From the human T2T-CHM13v2.0 reference genome, Homo sapiens, in NCBI RefSeq assembly GCF_009914755.1, contig NC_060948.1: DNA of 64,000 nt; one strand, 5' to 3'. The notes below the pieces were generated by a model. It worked only from the letters and a program-made list of their open reading frames with translations. It was not told the origin of the DNA and searched no databases. A program made the position numbers and the translations under genes. This document shows positions 13,601 to 28,401 of this stretch, one piece after another (position 1 is the stretch's first letter; each line of letters opens with the position of its first letter).

Positions 13601-14206
13601 GCAATCAAATGGCATGGAATAAAATAGAATGAAAGAGAATCAAACGGAATTGAATCGAATGGAATCGAATGGATTGGAAAGGAATAGAATGGAATGGAAT
13701 GGAATTGACTCAAATGGAATGGACTAGAATGGAATGGATTCGAATGGAAGGCAAAGGAATGGAATCTATTGGAATGGACTGTAATGGAATGGAATGGAAG
13801 GGATTGGAATGGACTCGAATGGAATGGACTGCAATAGAAAGGATTCGAATGGAATGAAAAAGAATTGAATGGAATAGAACAGAATGGAATCAAATCGAAT
13901 GAAATGGAATGGAATAGAAAGGAATGGAATGAAATGGAATGGAAAGGATTCGAATGGAATGCAATCGAATGGAATGGAATCGAACGGAATGGAATAAAAT
14001 GGAAGAAAACTGGCAAGAAATGGAATCGAAATGAATGGAGTGTTATGGAACAGACTCAAAAGGAATTGAATGTAATAGAATGGAGTGGAGTGGACTCGAA
14101 TATAATGGACTGGAATGGAATGAAATCACATGGAATGGGAACGAATGGAATGGAATGGAAAGGAATGGAATCGAATGGAAAGGAATCGAATGGAAGGGAA
14201 TGAAAT
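10663..14206 (+). repeat. DYZ1 unit U4 (3544 bp)
   Basis: Landmark at 10663 and 14207. Extra EcoRI site at 11291, 5-bp deletion near 12380. Confidence 0.93.
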
Positions 14207-17200
14207 TGAATCAACAGGAATGGAAGGGAATAGAATAGACGGTAATGGAATGGACTCGAATAGAATGGACACGAATGCTCAAATTGAATGGACTCGAATG
14301 GAATGGAAACGAAAGGAATGTCATCGAATGGAATTGAATCGATTGGAATGAAATCGCATAGAATGGAGTGGAATCAAATGGAATTGAATCGAAAGGAAAG
14401 GAAGCGAATGGACTGAAATGAAATGGAATGGAATTGAATGGAAAGTAATGCAATGGAATAGAATGGAACGAAATTTCACGGAATGGAATCAAACTGAATG
14501 GAATCAAATCAATGGAATCTAATCAAATGGAATGGAAAGGAATTGAATGGAGTAGATTGGATTGGATGGGATTGGAATGAAATGTACTGGAAAGGACTCG
14601 AATTTCATGAAACGGAATGGAATGAATTGGAACGGAACGGACTCGAATGGAATGGAATGTCATGGAATGGCATCAAATGGAATGGCATCAAATGGAATGG
14701 AATCGAATGCAATGGAATGCTATGGAATGGAATGGAATGCATTGGAATGGAATGTCCTCAAATGGAATGGATTCGAGTGGAATGGAATCGAATATAATGG
14801 AGTCGAATGAAATGGAATTGAAAGGAATGGGATCGAATAGAATGGAATATACTGAAATGTAATGTAATGAACTCGAATGTAATTGACTGGAATGGAATGT
14901 ACATGAATGGAATGTAATCGAATGGAAAGTAATCCAATGGAATAGAATCTAATGCAATAAAACCGACTCAGATAGAGTAGAATGTAGTGGAATGGAGTGC
15001 AGTGCAATGGAATGGAATGGAATTGAATGCAATGGAATGGAATGGAATGGAATGGAATGGAATGGAATGGGATGGAATGGTATGGAATGGATAGTAATGG
15101 ACTGGAGTGAAATGGACTGGAAAGGAATGGACTCAAATTGAAAGGGCTCGAAAGGAATGGAGTCAAATGGAATGGTCTGGAATGGAATGAACACGAATGT
15201 AATGCAATCCAATAGAATGGAATCGAATGGCATGGAATATAAAGAAATGGAATCGAAGAGAATGGAAACAAATGGAATGGAATTGAATGGAATGGAATTG
15301 AATGGAATGGGAAGGAATGGAGTGAAATTGTATGCAGTAGAAGAGAATAGAATGGAATGCAAGCGAAAGGAAAGGAATGGATTGGAATGGAATGGAATTC
15401 ATTGGAATGGAAGGGAATGTAGTGTAATGGACAGGCCTGGAATAAAGTGGAATGCTACGGTCTCGAATGGAATAAAAATGTATGGAATGGAATGCAATGA
15501 AACGGAATCGAATGTCATAGAATGTAATGGAATGCAAAAAAATGGACTCCAAAATCATTGACTTTAAAGGCTGGGTGTCGAAAGGAATTGACTCCAATGG
15601 AATGGAATCGAATGGAATGGAAGTGAATAGAATCGAACTAAATCGAATGGAATGGAATTGATAGGAACTGAATGGAAAGGAATGCAATGATTTGGCATGG
15701 AATGGAATCGAATGGCATCGAATGGAATGGAATGGAATGCAATGGAATGGAATGTATTAGAATGAAATGAACATTAATGGAAAGTACTCGAATGGATTCG
15801 ACTGGAATGGAAAGTTCTGGAAGTGAATGGACTCCAATGGAATGGATTCGAAAGGAATGGAATCGAACGGAATGGAATCTAATGGAATGGAATTAAATGG
15901 AAATGAATCAAATTGAATAGCACGGAATTGAATTGAAAGGAATGGAATGCAATGGAATCTAATGAAACGGAAAGGAAAGGAATGGAATGGAATGGAATGG
16001 GCTGGAATGGAATGGAATCGAAACGAATGGAATGGAATCGAACTGAAGAGACTGGAATGGAATGCACTGGAATGGAAGGGAGTGTAATGGAAGGTTCTCG
16101 AAAAAAATGGAATCGAATGGAATGGAATTGAATGGAACGGAATAGAGTCGAATGGAATTGAATGGAATGGAATGGACTAGAGTGAAATGGAATCGAACCA
16201 CAAGGAATGGACAGGAATAGAATGGTCACGAATTGAATGGAATTGTATGGAATGGCATCAAACGGAATGGAATGGACAGCCACGGAATGGAATGCACTCG
16301 AATGCAATGGAGTCGAAACTAATGGACTGGAATAGAATGGACTCGACTGGTACGGACTCCAATGGAATGGAATCGAATGCAAGGGAATCGAACGGAATGG
16401 ACTCGAAGGGAAAATACTACAATGGAAAGGTCTCGAATGGAATGGAAATTAATGGAATGGAATGGAATCGAATGAAATGGAGTCAAAAGGAATGGAATCG
16501 AATGGCAAGAAATCGAATGTAATGGAATCGCAAGGAATTGATGTGAACGGAACGGAATGGAATGGAATCCAAAGGAATGGAATAGAATGGAATGAAATCG
16601 AATGGAAAGGACTCGAATGGAAATCACTCGAATAGAATGCAATTTAATAAAATAGGATCAAATGTAATGGAATGGAATGGAAAGGAATCGAAACGAAAGG
16701 AATGTAGACAGATGGAATGGAATGGAACAGAGAGAAATGGTATAGAATGGAATGGAATCATCTGGAATGGAATTGAATGGAATGGAATAACATGAAATGG
16801 ATTGGAATGGAATCGAATGCCCTTGAATTAAATGGACTGGAATGGAATGGACTCGAACAGAGTGGAATGGAAAGTGTTGAAATAGAATGGAATGGACTCC
16901 TTTGGAATGGTGTAGTATGCAATGCAATCGACTGGCAGGGAATCAAAAGGAATGTAATCGAATGCATTGGACTGGAATGCAATGGACTCGAATAGATTGG
17001 AAATGGAATGCAAAGGAATGGAATGGAATAGTATGGAATGGAATGGAAAGGAATGGAGTGGAATAGACTAGAGTGGAATGGAATGGACTCAAAAGCAATG
17101 GACTGGAATGGAACTTTCTTGAATGGACTGGAATCAAACGGAATGGAATGCAATGCAATCAAATGGCATGGAATAAAATAGAATGAAAGAGAATCAAACG

Positions 17201-17760
17201 GAATTGAATCGAATGGAATCGAATGGATTGGAAAGGAATAGAATGGAATGGAATGTAATTGACTCAAATGGAATGGACTAGAATGGAATGGATTCGAATG
17301 GAAGGCAAAGGAATGGAATCTATTGGAATGGACTGTAATGGAATGGAATGGAAGGGATTGGAATGGACTCGAATGGAATGGACTGCAATAGAAAGGATTC
17401 GAATGGAATGAAAAAGAATTGAATGGAATAGAACAGAATGGAATCAAATCGAATGAAATGGAATGGAATAGAAAGGAATGGAATGAAATGGAATGGAAAG
17501 GATTCGAATGGAATGTAATCGAATGGAATGGAATCGAACGGAATGGAATAAAATGGAAGAAAACTGGCAAGAAATGGAATCGAAATGAATGGAGTGTTAT
17601 GGAACGGACTCAAAAGGAATTGAATGTAATAGAATGGAGTGGAGTGGACTCGAATATAATGGACTGGAATGGAATGAAATCACATGGAATGGGAACGAAT
17701 GGAATGGAATGGAAAGGAATGGAATCGAATGGAAAGGAATCGAATGGAAGGGAATGAAAT
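14207..17760 (+). repeat. DYZ1 unit U5 (3554 bp)
   Basis: Landmark at 14207 and 17761. Confidence 0.93.
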
Positions 17761-20700
17761 TGAATCAACAGGAATGGAAGGGAATAGAATAGACGGTAAT
17801 GGAATGGACTCGAATAGAATGGGCACGAATGTTCAAATTGAATGGACTCGAATGGAATGGAAACGAAAGGAATGTCATCGAATGGAATTGAATCGATTGG
17901 AATGAAATCGCAAAGAATGGAGTGGAATCAAATGGAATTGAATCGAAAGGAAAGGAAGCGAATGGACTGAAATAAAATGGAATGGAATTGAATGGAAAGT
18001 AATGCAATGGAATAGAATGGAACGAAATTTCACGGAATGGAATCAAACAGAATGGAATCAAATCAATGGAATATAATCAAATGGAATGGAAAGGAATTGA
18101 ATGGAGTAGATTGGATTGGATGGGATTGGAATGAAATGTACTGGAAAGAACTCGAATTTCATGAAACGGAATGGAATGAATTGGAACGGAATGGACTCGA
18201 ATGGAATGGAATGTCATGGAATGGCATCAAATGGAATGGCATCAAATGGAATGGAATCGAATGCAATGGAATGCTATGGAATGGAATGGAATGCATTGGA
18301 ATGGAATGTCCTCTAATGGAATGGATTCGAGTGGAATGGAATCGAATATGATGGAGTCGAAAGAAATGGAATTGAAAGGAATTGGACTGAATACAATGGT
18401 ATATACTGGAATGTAATGTAATGAACTCGAATGTAATTGACTGGAATGGAATGTACATGAATGGAATGTAATCGAATGGAAAGTAATCCAATGGAATAGA
18501 ATCTAATGCAATAAAATCGACCCAATAGATTAGAATGTAATGGAATGGAGTGCAGTACAATGGAATGGAATGGAATGGAATGCAATGGAATGGAATGGAA
18601 TGGGATAGAATGGGATGGAATGGATAGTAATGGACTGGAGTGAAATGGACTGGAAAAGAATGGACTCAAATTGAAAGGGCTCGAAAGGAATGGAGTCAAA
18701 TGGAATGGTCTGGAATGGAATGAACACGAATGTAATGCAATCCAATAGAATGGAATCGAAAGGCATGGAATATAAAGAAATGGAATCGAAGAGAATGGAA
18801 ACAAATGGAATGGAATTGAATGGAATGGAATTGAATGGAATGGGAACGAATGGAATGAAATTGTATGCAGTAGAAGAGATTAGAATGCAATGCAAGCGAA
18901 AGGAAAGGAATGGATTGGAATGGAATGGAATTCATTGGAATGGAAGGGAATGTAGTGTAATGGACAGGCCTGGAATAAAGTGGAATGCTACGGTCTCGAA
19001 TGGAATAAAAATGTATGGAATGGAATGCAATGAAACGGAATCGAATGTCATAGAATGTAATGGAATGCAACAAAATGGAATCCAAAATCATTGACTGGAA
19101 AGGCTGGGTGTCGAAAGTAATTGACTCCAATGGAATGGAATCGAATGGAATGGAAGTGAATAGAATCGAACTAAATCGAATGGAATGGAATTGATAGGAA
19201 TGGAATGGAAAGGAATGCAATGATTTGGCATGGAATGGAATCGAATGGCATCGAATGGAATGGAATGGAATGCAATGGAATGGAATGTATTAGAATGTAA
19301 TGAACTTTAATGGAATGTACTCGAATGGATTCGACTGGAATAGAATGTTCTGGAAATGAATGGACTCCAATGGAATGGATTCGAAAGGAATGGAATCTAG
19401 TGGAATGGAATTAAATGGAAATGAATCAAATTGAATAGAACGGAATTGAATTTAATGGAATCGAATGCAGTGGAATCTAATGAAACAGAAAGGAAAGGAA
19501 TGGAATGGAATGGAATGGAATGGGCTGGAATGGAATGGAATCGAAACGAATGGAATGGAATCGAACTGAAGAGACTGGAATGGAATGCACTGGAATGGAA
19601 GGGAGTGTAATGGAAGGTTCTCGAAAAAAATGGAATCGAAAGGAATGGAATTGAATGGAACGGAATAGAGTCGAATGGAATTCAATGGAATGGAATGGAC
19701 TAGAGTGAAATGGAATCGAACCACAAGGAATGGACAGGAATAGAATGTTCTCGAATTGAATGGAATCGTATGGAATGGCATCAAACGGAATGGAATGGAC
19801 AGCCACGGAATGGAATGCACTCGAATGCAATGGAGTCGAAACTAATGAACTGGAATAGAATGGACTCGACTGGTACGGACTCCAATGGAATGGAATCGAA
19901 TGGAAGGGAATCGAACGGAATGGACTCGAAGGGAAAAGACTGCAATGGAAAGGTCTCGAATGGGATGGAAATTAATGGAATGGAATGGAATCGAATGAAA
20001 TGGAGTCAAAAGGAATGGAATCGAATGGCAAGAAATCGAATGTAATGGAATCGCAAGGAATTGATGTGAACGGAAAGGAATGGAATGGAATCCAAAGGAA
20101 TGGAATAGAATGGAATGGAATCGAATGGAAAGGACTCGAATGGAAATCACTCGAATAGAATGCAATTTAATAAAATAGGATCAAATGTAATGGAATGGAA
20201 TGGAAAGGAATCGAAACGAAAGGAATGGAGACAGATGGAATGGAATGGAACAGAGAGCAATGGTATAGAATGGAATGGAATCATCTGGAATGGAATTGAA
20301 TGGAATAGAATAATATGAAATGGAATGGAAAGGAATGGAATGCCCTTGAATTAAATGGACTGGAATGGAATGGACTCGAACAGAGTGGAATGGAAAGTGT
20401 TGAAATAGAATGGAATGGACTCGTTTGGAATGGTCTAGTATGCAATGCAATCGACTGGCAGGGAATCAAAAGGAATGTAATCGAATGGATTGGACTGGAA
20501 TGCAATGGACTCGAATAGATTGGAAACGGAAAGCAAAGGAATGGAATGGAATAGTATGGAATGGAATGCAAAGGAATGGAGTGGAATAGACTAGAGTGGA
20601 ATGGAATGGACTCGAAAGCAATGGACTGGAATGGAACTTTCTTGAATGGACTGGAATCAAACGGAATGGAATGCAATGCAATCAAATGGCATGGAATAAA

Positions 20701-21283
20701 ATAGAATGAAAGAGAATCAAATGGAATTGAATCGAATGGAATCGAATGGATTGGAAAGGAATAGAATGGAATGGAATGGAATTGACTCAAATGGAATGGA
20801 CTAGAATGGAATGGATTCGAATGGAAGGCAAAGGAATGGAATCTATTGGAATGGACTGTAATGGAATGGAATGGAAGGGATTGGAATGGACTCGAATGGA
20901 ATGGACTGCAATAGAAAGGATTCGAATGGAATGAAAAAGAATTGAATGGAATAGAACAGAATGGAATCAAATCGAATGAAATGGAATGGAGTAGAAAGGA
21001 ATGGAATGAAATGGAATGGAAAGGATTCGAATGGAATGCAATCGAATGGAATGGAATCGAACGGAATGGAATAAAATGGAAGAAAACTGGCAAGAAATGG
21101 AATCGAAATGAATGGAGTGTTATGGAACGGACTCAAAAGGAATTGAATGTAATAGAATGGAGTGGAGTGGACTCGAATATAATGGACTGGAATGGAATGA
21201 AATCACATGGAATGGGAACGAATGGAATGGAATGGAAAGGAATGGAATCGAATGGAAAGGAATCGAATGGAAGGGAATGCAAT
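17761..21283 (+). repeat. DYZ1 unit U6 (3523 bp)
   Basis: Landmark at 17761 and 21284. 1-bp deletion near 18523, 15-bp deletion near 19395, extra EcoRI site at 19678. Confidence 0.93.
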
Positions 21284-24200
21284 TGAATCAACAGGAATGG
21301 AAGGGAATAGAATAGACGGTAATGGAATGGACTTGAATAGAATGGACACGAATGCTCAAATTGAATGGACTCGAATGGAATGGAAACGAAAGGAATGTCA
21401 TCGAATGGAATTGAATCGATTGGAATGAAATCGCATAGAATGGAGTGGAATCAAATGGAATTGAATCGAAAGGAAAGGAAGCCAATGGACTGAAATGAAA
21501 TGGAATGGAATTGAATGGAAAGTAATGCAATGGAATAGAATGGAACGAAATTTCACCGAATGGAATGAAACTGAATGGAATCAAATCAATGGAATCTAAT
21601 CAAGTGGAATGGAAAGGAATTGAATGGAGTAGATTGGATTGGATGGGATTGGAATGAAATGTACTGGAAAGGACTCGAGTTTCATGAAACGGAATGGAAT
21701 GAATTGGAACGGAATGGACTCGAATGGAATGGAATGTCATGGAATGGCATCAAATGGAATGGCATCAAATGGAATGGAATCGAATGCAATGGAATGCTAT
21801 GGAATGGAATGGAATGCATTGGAATGGAATGTCCTCTAATGGAATGGATTCGACTGGAATGGAATCGAATATAATGGAGTCGAATGAAATGGAATTGAAA
21901 GGAATGGGATCGAATACAATGGAATATACTGGAATGTAATGTAATGAACTCGAATGTAATTGACTGGAATGGAATGTACATGAATGGAATGTAATCGAAT
22001 GGAAAGTAATCCAATGGAATAGAATCTAATGCAATAAAATCGACTCAGATAGAGTAGAATGTAATGGAATTGAGTGCAGTGCAATGGAATGGAATGGAAT
22101 GGAATGCAATGGAATGGAATGGAATGGAATGGAATGGAATGGAATGGAATGGGATGGAATGGTATGGAATGGATAGTAATTTACTGGAGTGAAATGGACT
22201 GGAAAGGAATGGACTCAAATTGAAAGGGCTCGAAAGGAATGGAGTCAAATGGAATGGTCTGGAATGGAATGAACACGAATGTAATGCAATCCAATAGAAT
22301 GGAATCGAATGGCATGGAATATAAAGAAATGGAATCGAAGAGAATGGAAACAAATGGAATGGAATTGAATGGAATGGGATTGAATGGAATGGGAGGGAAT
22401 GGAGTGAAATTGTATGCAGTAGAAGAGAATAGAATGGAATGCAAGCGAAAGGAAAGGAATGGATTGGAATGGAATGGAATTCATTGGAATGGAAGGGAAT
22501 GTAGTGTAATGGACAGGCCTGGAATAAAGTGGAATGCTACGGTGTCAAATGGAATAAAAATGTATGGAATGGAATGCAATGAAACGGAATCGAATGTCAT
22601 AGAATGTAATGGAATGCAAAAAAATGGAATCCAAAATCATTGACTGGAAAGGCTGGGTGTCGAAAGGAATTGACTCCAATGGAATGGAATCGAATGGAAT
22701 GGAAGTGAATAGAATCGAACTAAATCGAATGGAATGGAATTGATAGGAACGGAATGGAAAGGAATGCAATGATTTGGCATGGAATGGAATCGAATGGCAT
22801 CGAATGGAATGGAATGGAATGCAATGGAATGGAATGTATTAGAATGTAATGAACTTTAATGGAATGTACTCGAATGGATTCGACTGGAATGGAATGTTCT
22901 GGAAGTGAATGGACTCCAATGGAATGGATTCAAAAGGAATGGAATCGTACGGAATGGAATCTAATGGAATGGAATTAAATGGAAATGAATCAAATTGAAT
23001 AGCACGGAATTGAATTGAATGGAATGGAATGCAATGGAATCTAATGAAACGGAAAGGAAAGGAATGGAATGGAATGGAATGGGCTGGAATGGAAAGGAAT
23101 CGAAACGAATGGAATGGAATCGAACTGAAGAGACTGGAATGGAATGCACTGGAATGGAAGGGAGTGTAATGGAAGGTTCTCGAAAAAAATGGAATCGAAT
23201 GGAATGGAATTGAATGGAACGGAATAGAGTCGAATGGAATTGAATGGAATGGAATGGACTAGAGTGAAATGGAATCGAACCACAAGGGATGGACAGGAAT
23301 AGAATGGTCTCGAATTGAATGGAATCGTATGGAATGGCATCAAACGGAATGGAATGGACAGCCACGGAATGGAATGCACTCGAATGCAATGGAGTCGAAA
23401 CTAATGGACTGGAATAGAATGGACTCGACTGGTACGGACTCCAATGGAATGGAATCGAATGGAAGGGAATCGAACGGAATGGAATCGAAGGGAAAAGACT
23501 GCAATGGAAAGGTCTCGAATGGAATGGAAATTAATGGAATGGAATGGAATCGAATGAAATGGAGTCAAAAGGAATGGAATCGAATGGCAAGAAATCGAAT
23601 GTAATGGAATCGCAAGGAATTGATGTGAACGGAACGGAATGGAATGGAATCCAAAGGAATGGAATAGAATGGAATGGAATCGAATGGAAAGGACTCGAAT
23701 GGAAATCACTCGAATAGAATGCAATTTAATAAAATAGGATCAAATGTAATGGAATGGAATGGAAAGGAATCGAAACGAAAGGAATGGAGACAGATGGAAT
23801 GGAATGGAACAGAGAGCAATGGTATAGAATGGAATGGAATCATCTGGAATGGAATTGAATGGAATGGAATAATATGAAATGGAATGGAATGGAATGGAAT
23901 GGAATGCCCTTGAATTAAATGGACTGGAATGGAATGGACTCGAACAGAGTGGAATGGAAAGTGTTGAGATAGAATGGAATGGACTCCTTTGGAATGGTGT
24001 AGTATGCAATGCAATCGACTGGCAGGGAATCAAAAGGAATGTAATCGAATGGATTGGACTGGAATGCAATGGACTCGAATAGATTGCAAACGGAATGCAA
24101 AGGAATGGAATGGAATAGTATGGAATGGAATGGAAAGGAATGGAGTGGAATAGACTAGAGTGGAATGGAATGGACTGGAAAGCAATGGACTGGAATGGAA

Positions 24201-24847
24201 CTTTCTTGAATGGACTGGAATCAAACGGAATGGAATGCAATGCAATCAAATGGCATGGAATAAAATAGAATGAAAGAGAATCAAATGGAATTGAATCGAA
24301 TGGAATCGAATGGATTGGAAAGGAATAGAATGGAATGGAATGGAATTGACTCAAATGGAATGGACTAGAATGGAATGGATTCGAATGGAAGGCAAAGGAA
24401 TGGAATCTATTGGAATGGACTGTAATGGAATGGAATGGAAGGGATTGGAATGGACTCGAATGGAATGGACTGCAATAGAAAGGATTCGAATGGAATGAAA
24501 AAGAATTGAATGGAATAGAACAGAATGGAATCAAATCGAATGAAATGGAATGGAATAGAAAGGAATGGAATGAAATGGAATGGAAAGGATTCGAATGGAA
24601 TGCAATCGAATGGAATGGAATCGAACGGAATGGAATAAAATGGAAGAAAACTGGCAAGAAATGGAATCGAAATGAATGGAGTGTTATGGAACGGACTCAA
24701 AAGGAATTGAATGTAATAGAATGGAGTGGAGTGGACTCGAATATAATGGACTGGAATGGAATGAAATCACATGGAATGGGAACGAATGGAATGGAATGGA
24801 AAGGAATGGAATCGAATGGAAAGGAATCAAATGGAAGGGAATGAAAT
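21284..24847 (+). repeat. DYZ1 unit U7 (3564 bp)
   Basis: Landmark at 21284 and 24848. First unit carrying GGATTCAAAAGG, GTTGAGATAG and GGACTGGAAAGC variants. Confidence 0.93.
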
Positions 24848-27800
24848 TGAATCAACAGGAATGGAAGGGAATAGAATAGACGGTAATGGAATGGACTCGA
24901 ATAGAATGGACACGAATGCTCAAATTGAATGGACTCGAATGGAATGGAAACGAAAGGAATGTCATCGAATGGAATTGAATCGATTGGAATGAAATCGCAT
25001 AGAATGGAGTGGAATCAAATGGAATTGAATCGAAAGGAAAGGAAGCGAATGGACTGAAATGAAATGGAATGGAATTGAATGGAAAGTAATGCAATGGAAT
25101 AGAATGGAACGAAATTTCACGGAATGGAATCAAACTGAATGGAATCAAATCAATGGAATCAAATCAAATGGAATGGAAAGGAATTGAATGGAGTAGATTT
25201 GATTGGATGGGATTGGAATGAAATGTACTGGAAAGGACTCGAATTTCATGAAACGGAATGGAATGAATTGGAACGGAATGGACTCGAATGGAATGGAATG
25301 TCATGGAATGGCATCAAATGGAATGGCATCAAATGGAATGGAATCGAATGCAATGGAATGCTATGGAATGGAATGGAATGCATTGGAATGGAATGTCCTC
25401 TAATGGAATGGATTCGAGAGGAATGGAATCGAATATAATGGAGTCGAATGAAATGGAATTGAAAGGAATGGGATCGAATACAAAGGAATATACTGGAATG
25501 TAATGTAATGAACTCGAATGTAATTGACTGGAATGGAATGTACATGAATGGAATGTAATCGAATGGAAAGTAATCCAATGGAATAGAATCTAATGCAATA
25601 AAATCGACTCAGATAGAGTAGAATGTAATTGAATGGAGTGCAGTGCAATGGAATGGAATGGAATGGAATGCAATGGAATGGAATGGAATGGAATGGAATG
25701 GAATGGAATGGGATGGAATGGGATGGAATGGTATGGAATGGATAGTAATGGACTGGAGTGAAATGGACTGGAATGGAATGGACTCAAATTGAAAGGGCTC
25801 GAAAGGAATGGAGTCAAATGGAATGGTCTGGAATGGAATGAACACGAATGTAATGCAATCCAATAGAATGGAATCGAATGGCATGGAATATAAAGAAATG
25901 GAATCGAAGAGAATGGAAACAAATGGAATGGAATTGAATGGAATGGGAACGAATGGAGTGAAATTGTATGCAGTAGAAGGGAATAGATTGGAATGCAAGC
26001 GAAAGGAAAGGAATGGATTGGAATGGAATGGAATTCATTGGAATGGAAGGGAATGTAGTGTAATGGACAGGCCTGGAATAAAGTGGAATGCTACGGTCTC
26101 GAATGGAATAAAAATGTATGGAATGGAATGCAATGAAACGGAATCGAATGTCATAGAATGTAATGGAATGCAACAAAATGGAATCCAAAATCATTGACTG
26201 GAAAGGCTGGGTGTCGAAAGGAATTGACTCCAATGGAATGGAATCGAATGGAATGGAAGTGAATAGAATCGAACTAAATCGAATGGAATGGAATTGATAG
26301 GAACGGAATGGAAAGGAATGCAATGATTTGGCATGGAATGGAATCGAATGGCATCGAATGGAATGGAATGGAATGCAATGGAATGGAATGTATTAGAATG
26401 TAATGAACTTTAATGGAATGTACTCGAATGGATTCGACTGGAATGGAATGTTCTGGAAGTGAATGGACTCCAATGGAATGGATTCAAAAGGAATGGAATC
26501 GTACGGAATGGAATCTAATGGAATGCAATTAAATGGAAATGAATCAAATTGAATAGCACGGAATTGAATTGAATGGAATGGAATGCAATGGAATCTAATG
26601 AAACGGAAAGGAAAGGAATGGAATGGAATGGAATGGGCTGGAATGGAAAGGAATCGAAACGAATGGAATGGAATCGAAGTGAAGAGACTGGAATGGAATG
26701 CACTGGAATGGAAGGGAGTGTAATGGAAGGTTCTCGAAAAAAATGGAATCGAATGGAATGGAATTGAATGGAACGGAATAGAGTCGAATGGAATTGAATG
26801 GAATGGAATGGACTAGAGTGAAATGGAATCGAACCACAAGGAATGGACAGGAATAGAATGGTCTCGAATTGAATGGAATCGTATGGAATGGCATCAAACG
26901 GAATGGAATGGACAGCCACGGAATGGAATGCACTCGAATGCAATGGAGTCGAAACTAATGGACTGGAATAGAATGGACTCGACTGGTACGGACTCCAATG
27001 GAATGGAATCGAATGGAAGGGAATCGAACGGAATGGACTCGAAGGGAAAAGACTGCAATGGAAAGGTCTCGAATGGAATGGAAATTAATGGAATGGAATG
27101 GAATCGAATGAAATGGAGTCAAAAGGAATGGAATCGAATGGCAAGAAATCGAATGTAATGGAATCGCAAGGAATTGATGTGAACGGAACGGAATGGAATG
27201 GAATCCAAAGGAATGGAATAGAATGGAATGGAATCGAATGGAAAGGACTCGAATGGAAATCACTCGAATAGAATGCAATTTAATAAAATAGGATCAAATG
27301 TAATGGAATGGAATGGAAAGGAATCGAAACGAAAGGAATGGAGACAGATGGAATGGAATGGAACAGAGAGCAATGGTATAGAATGCAATGGAATCATCTG
27401 GAATGGAATTGAATGGAATGGAATAATATGAAATGGAATGGAATGGAATGGAATGGAATGCCCTTGAATTAAATGGACTGGAATGGAATGGACTCGAACA
27501 GAGTGGAATGGAAAGTGTTGAGATAGAATGGAATGGACTCCTTTGGAATGGTGTAGTATGCAATGCAATCGACTGGCAGGGAATCAAAAGGAATGTAATG
27601 GAATGGACTGGACTGGAATGCAATGGACTCGTATAGATTGGAAACGGAATGCAAAGGAATGGAATGGAATAGTATGGAATGGAATGGAAAGGAATGGAGT
27701 GGAATAGACTAGAGTGGAATGGAATGGACTGGAAAGCAATGGACTGGAATGGAACTTTCTTGAATGGACTGGAATCAAACGGAATGGAATGCAATGCAAT

Positions 27801-28401
27801 CAAATGGCATGGAATAAAATAGAATGAAAGAGAATCAAATGGAATTGAATCGAATGGAATCGAATGGATTGGAAAGGAATAGAATGGAATGGAATGGAAT
27901 TGACTCAAATGGAATGGACTAGAATGGAATGGATTCGAATGGAAGGCAAAGGAATGGAATCTATTGGAATGGACTGTAATGGAATGGAATGGAAGGGATT
28001 GGAATGGACTCGAATGGAATGGACTGCAATAGAAAGGATTCGAATGGAATGAAAAAGAATTGAATGGAATAGAACAGAATGGAATCAAATCGAATGAAAT
28101 GGAATGGAATAGAAAGGAATGGAATGAAATGGAATGGAAAGGATTCGAATGGAATGCAATCGAATGGAATGGAATCGAACGGAATGGAATAAAATGGAAG
28201 AAAACTGGCAAGAAATGGAATCGAAATGAATGGAGTGTTATGGAACGGACTCAAAAGGAATTGAATGTAATAGAATGGAGTGGAGTGGACTCGAATATAA
28301 TGGACTGGAATGGAATGAAATCACATGGAATGGGAACGAATGGAATGGAATGGAAAGGAATGGAATCGAATGGAAAGGAATCGAATGGAAGGGAATGAAA
28401 T
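24848..28401 (+). repeat. DYZ1 unit U8 (3554 bp)
   Basis: Landmark at 24848 and 28402. 15-bp deletion near 25930. Last EcoRI-positive unit (26031) before the homogeneous block. Confidence 0.93.

Noticed and set aside
23740-24657. 305-aa minus-strand ORF recurring in many units (also 270-316 aa versions)
   Set aside because: (CATTC)n has no stop codon and translates as HSIPF repeats. ORF length changes arbitrarily with 5- and 10-bp indels, and there is no domain or codon signal. Not a CDS.
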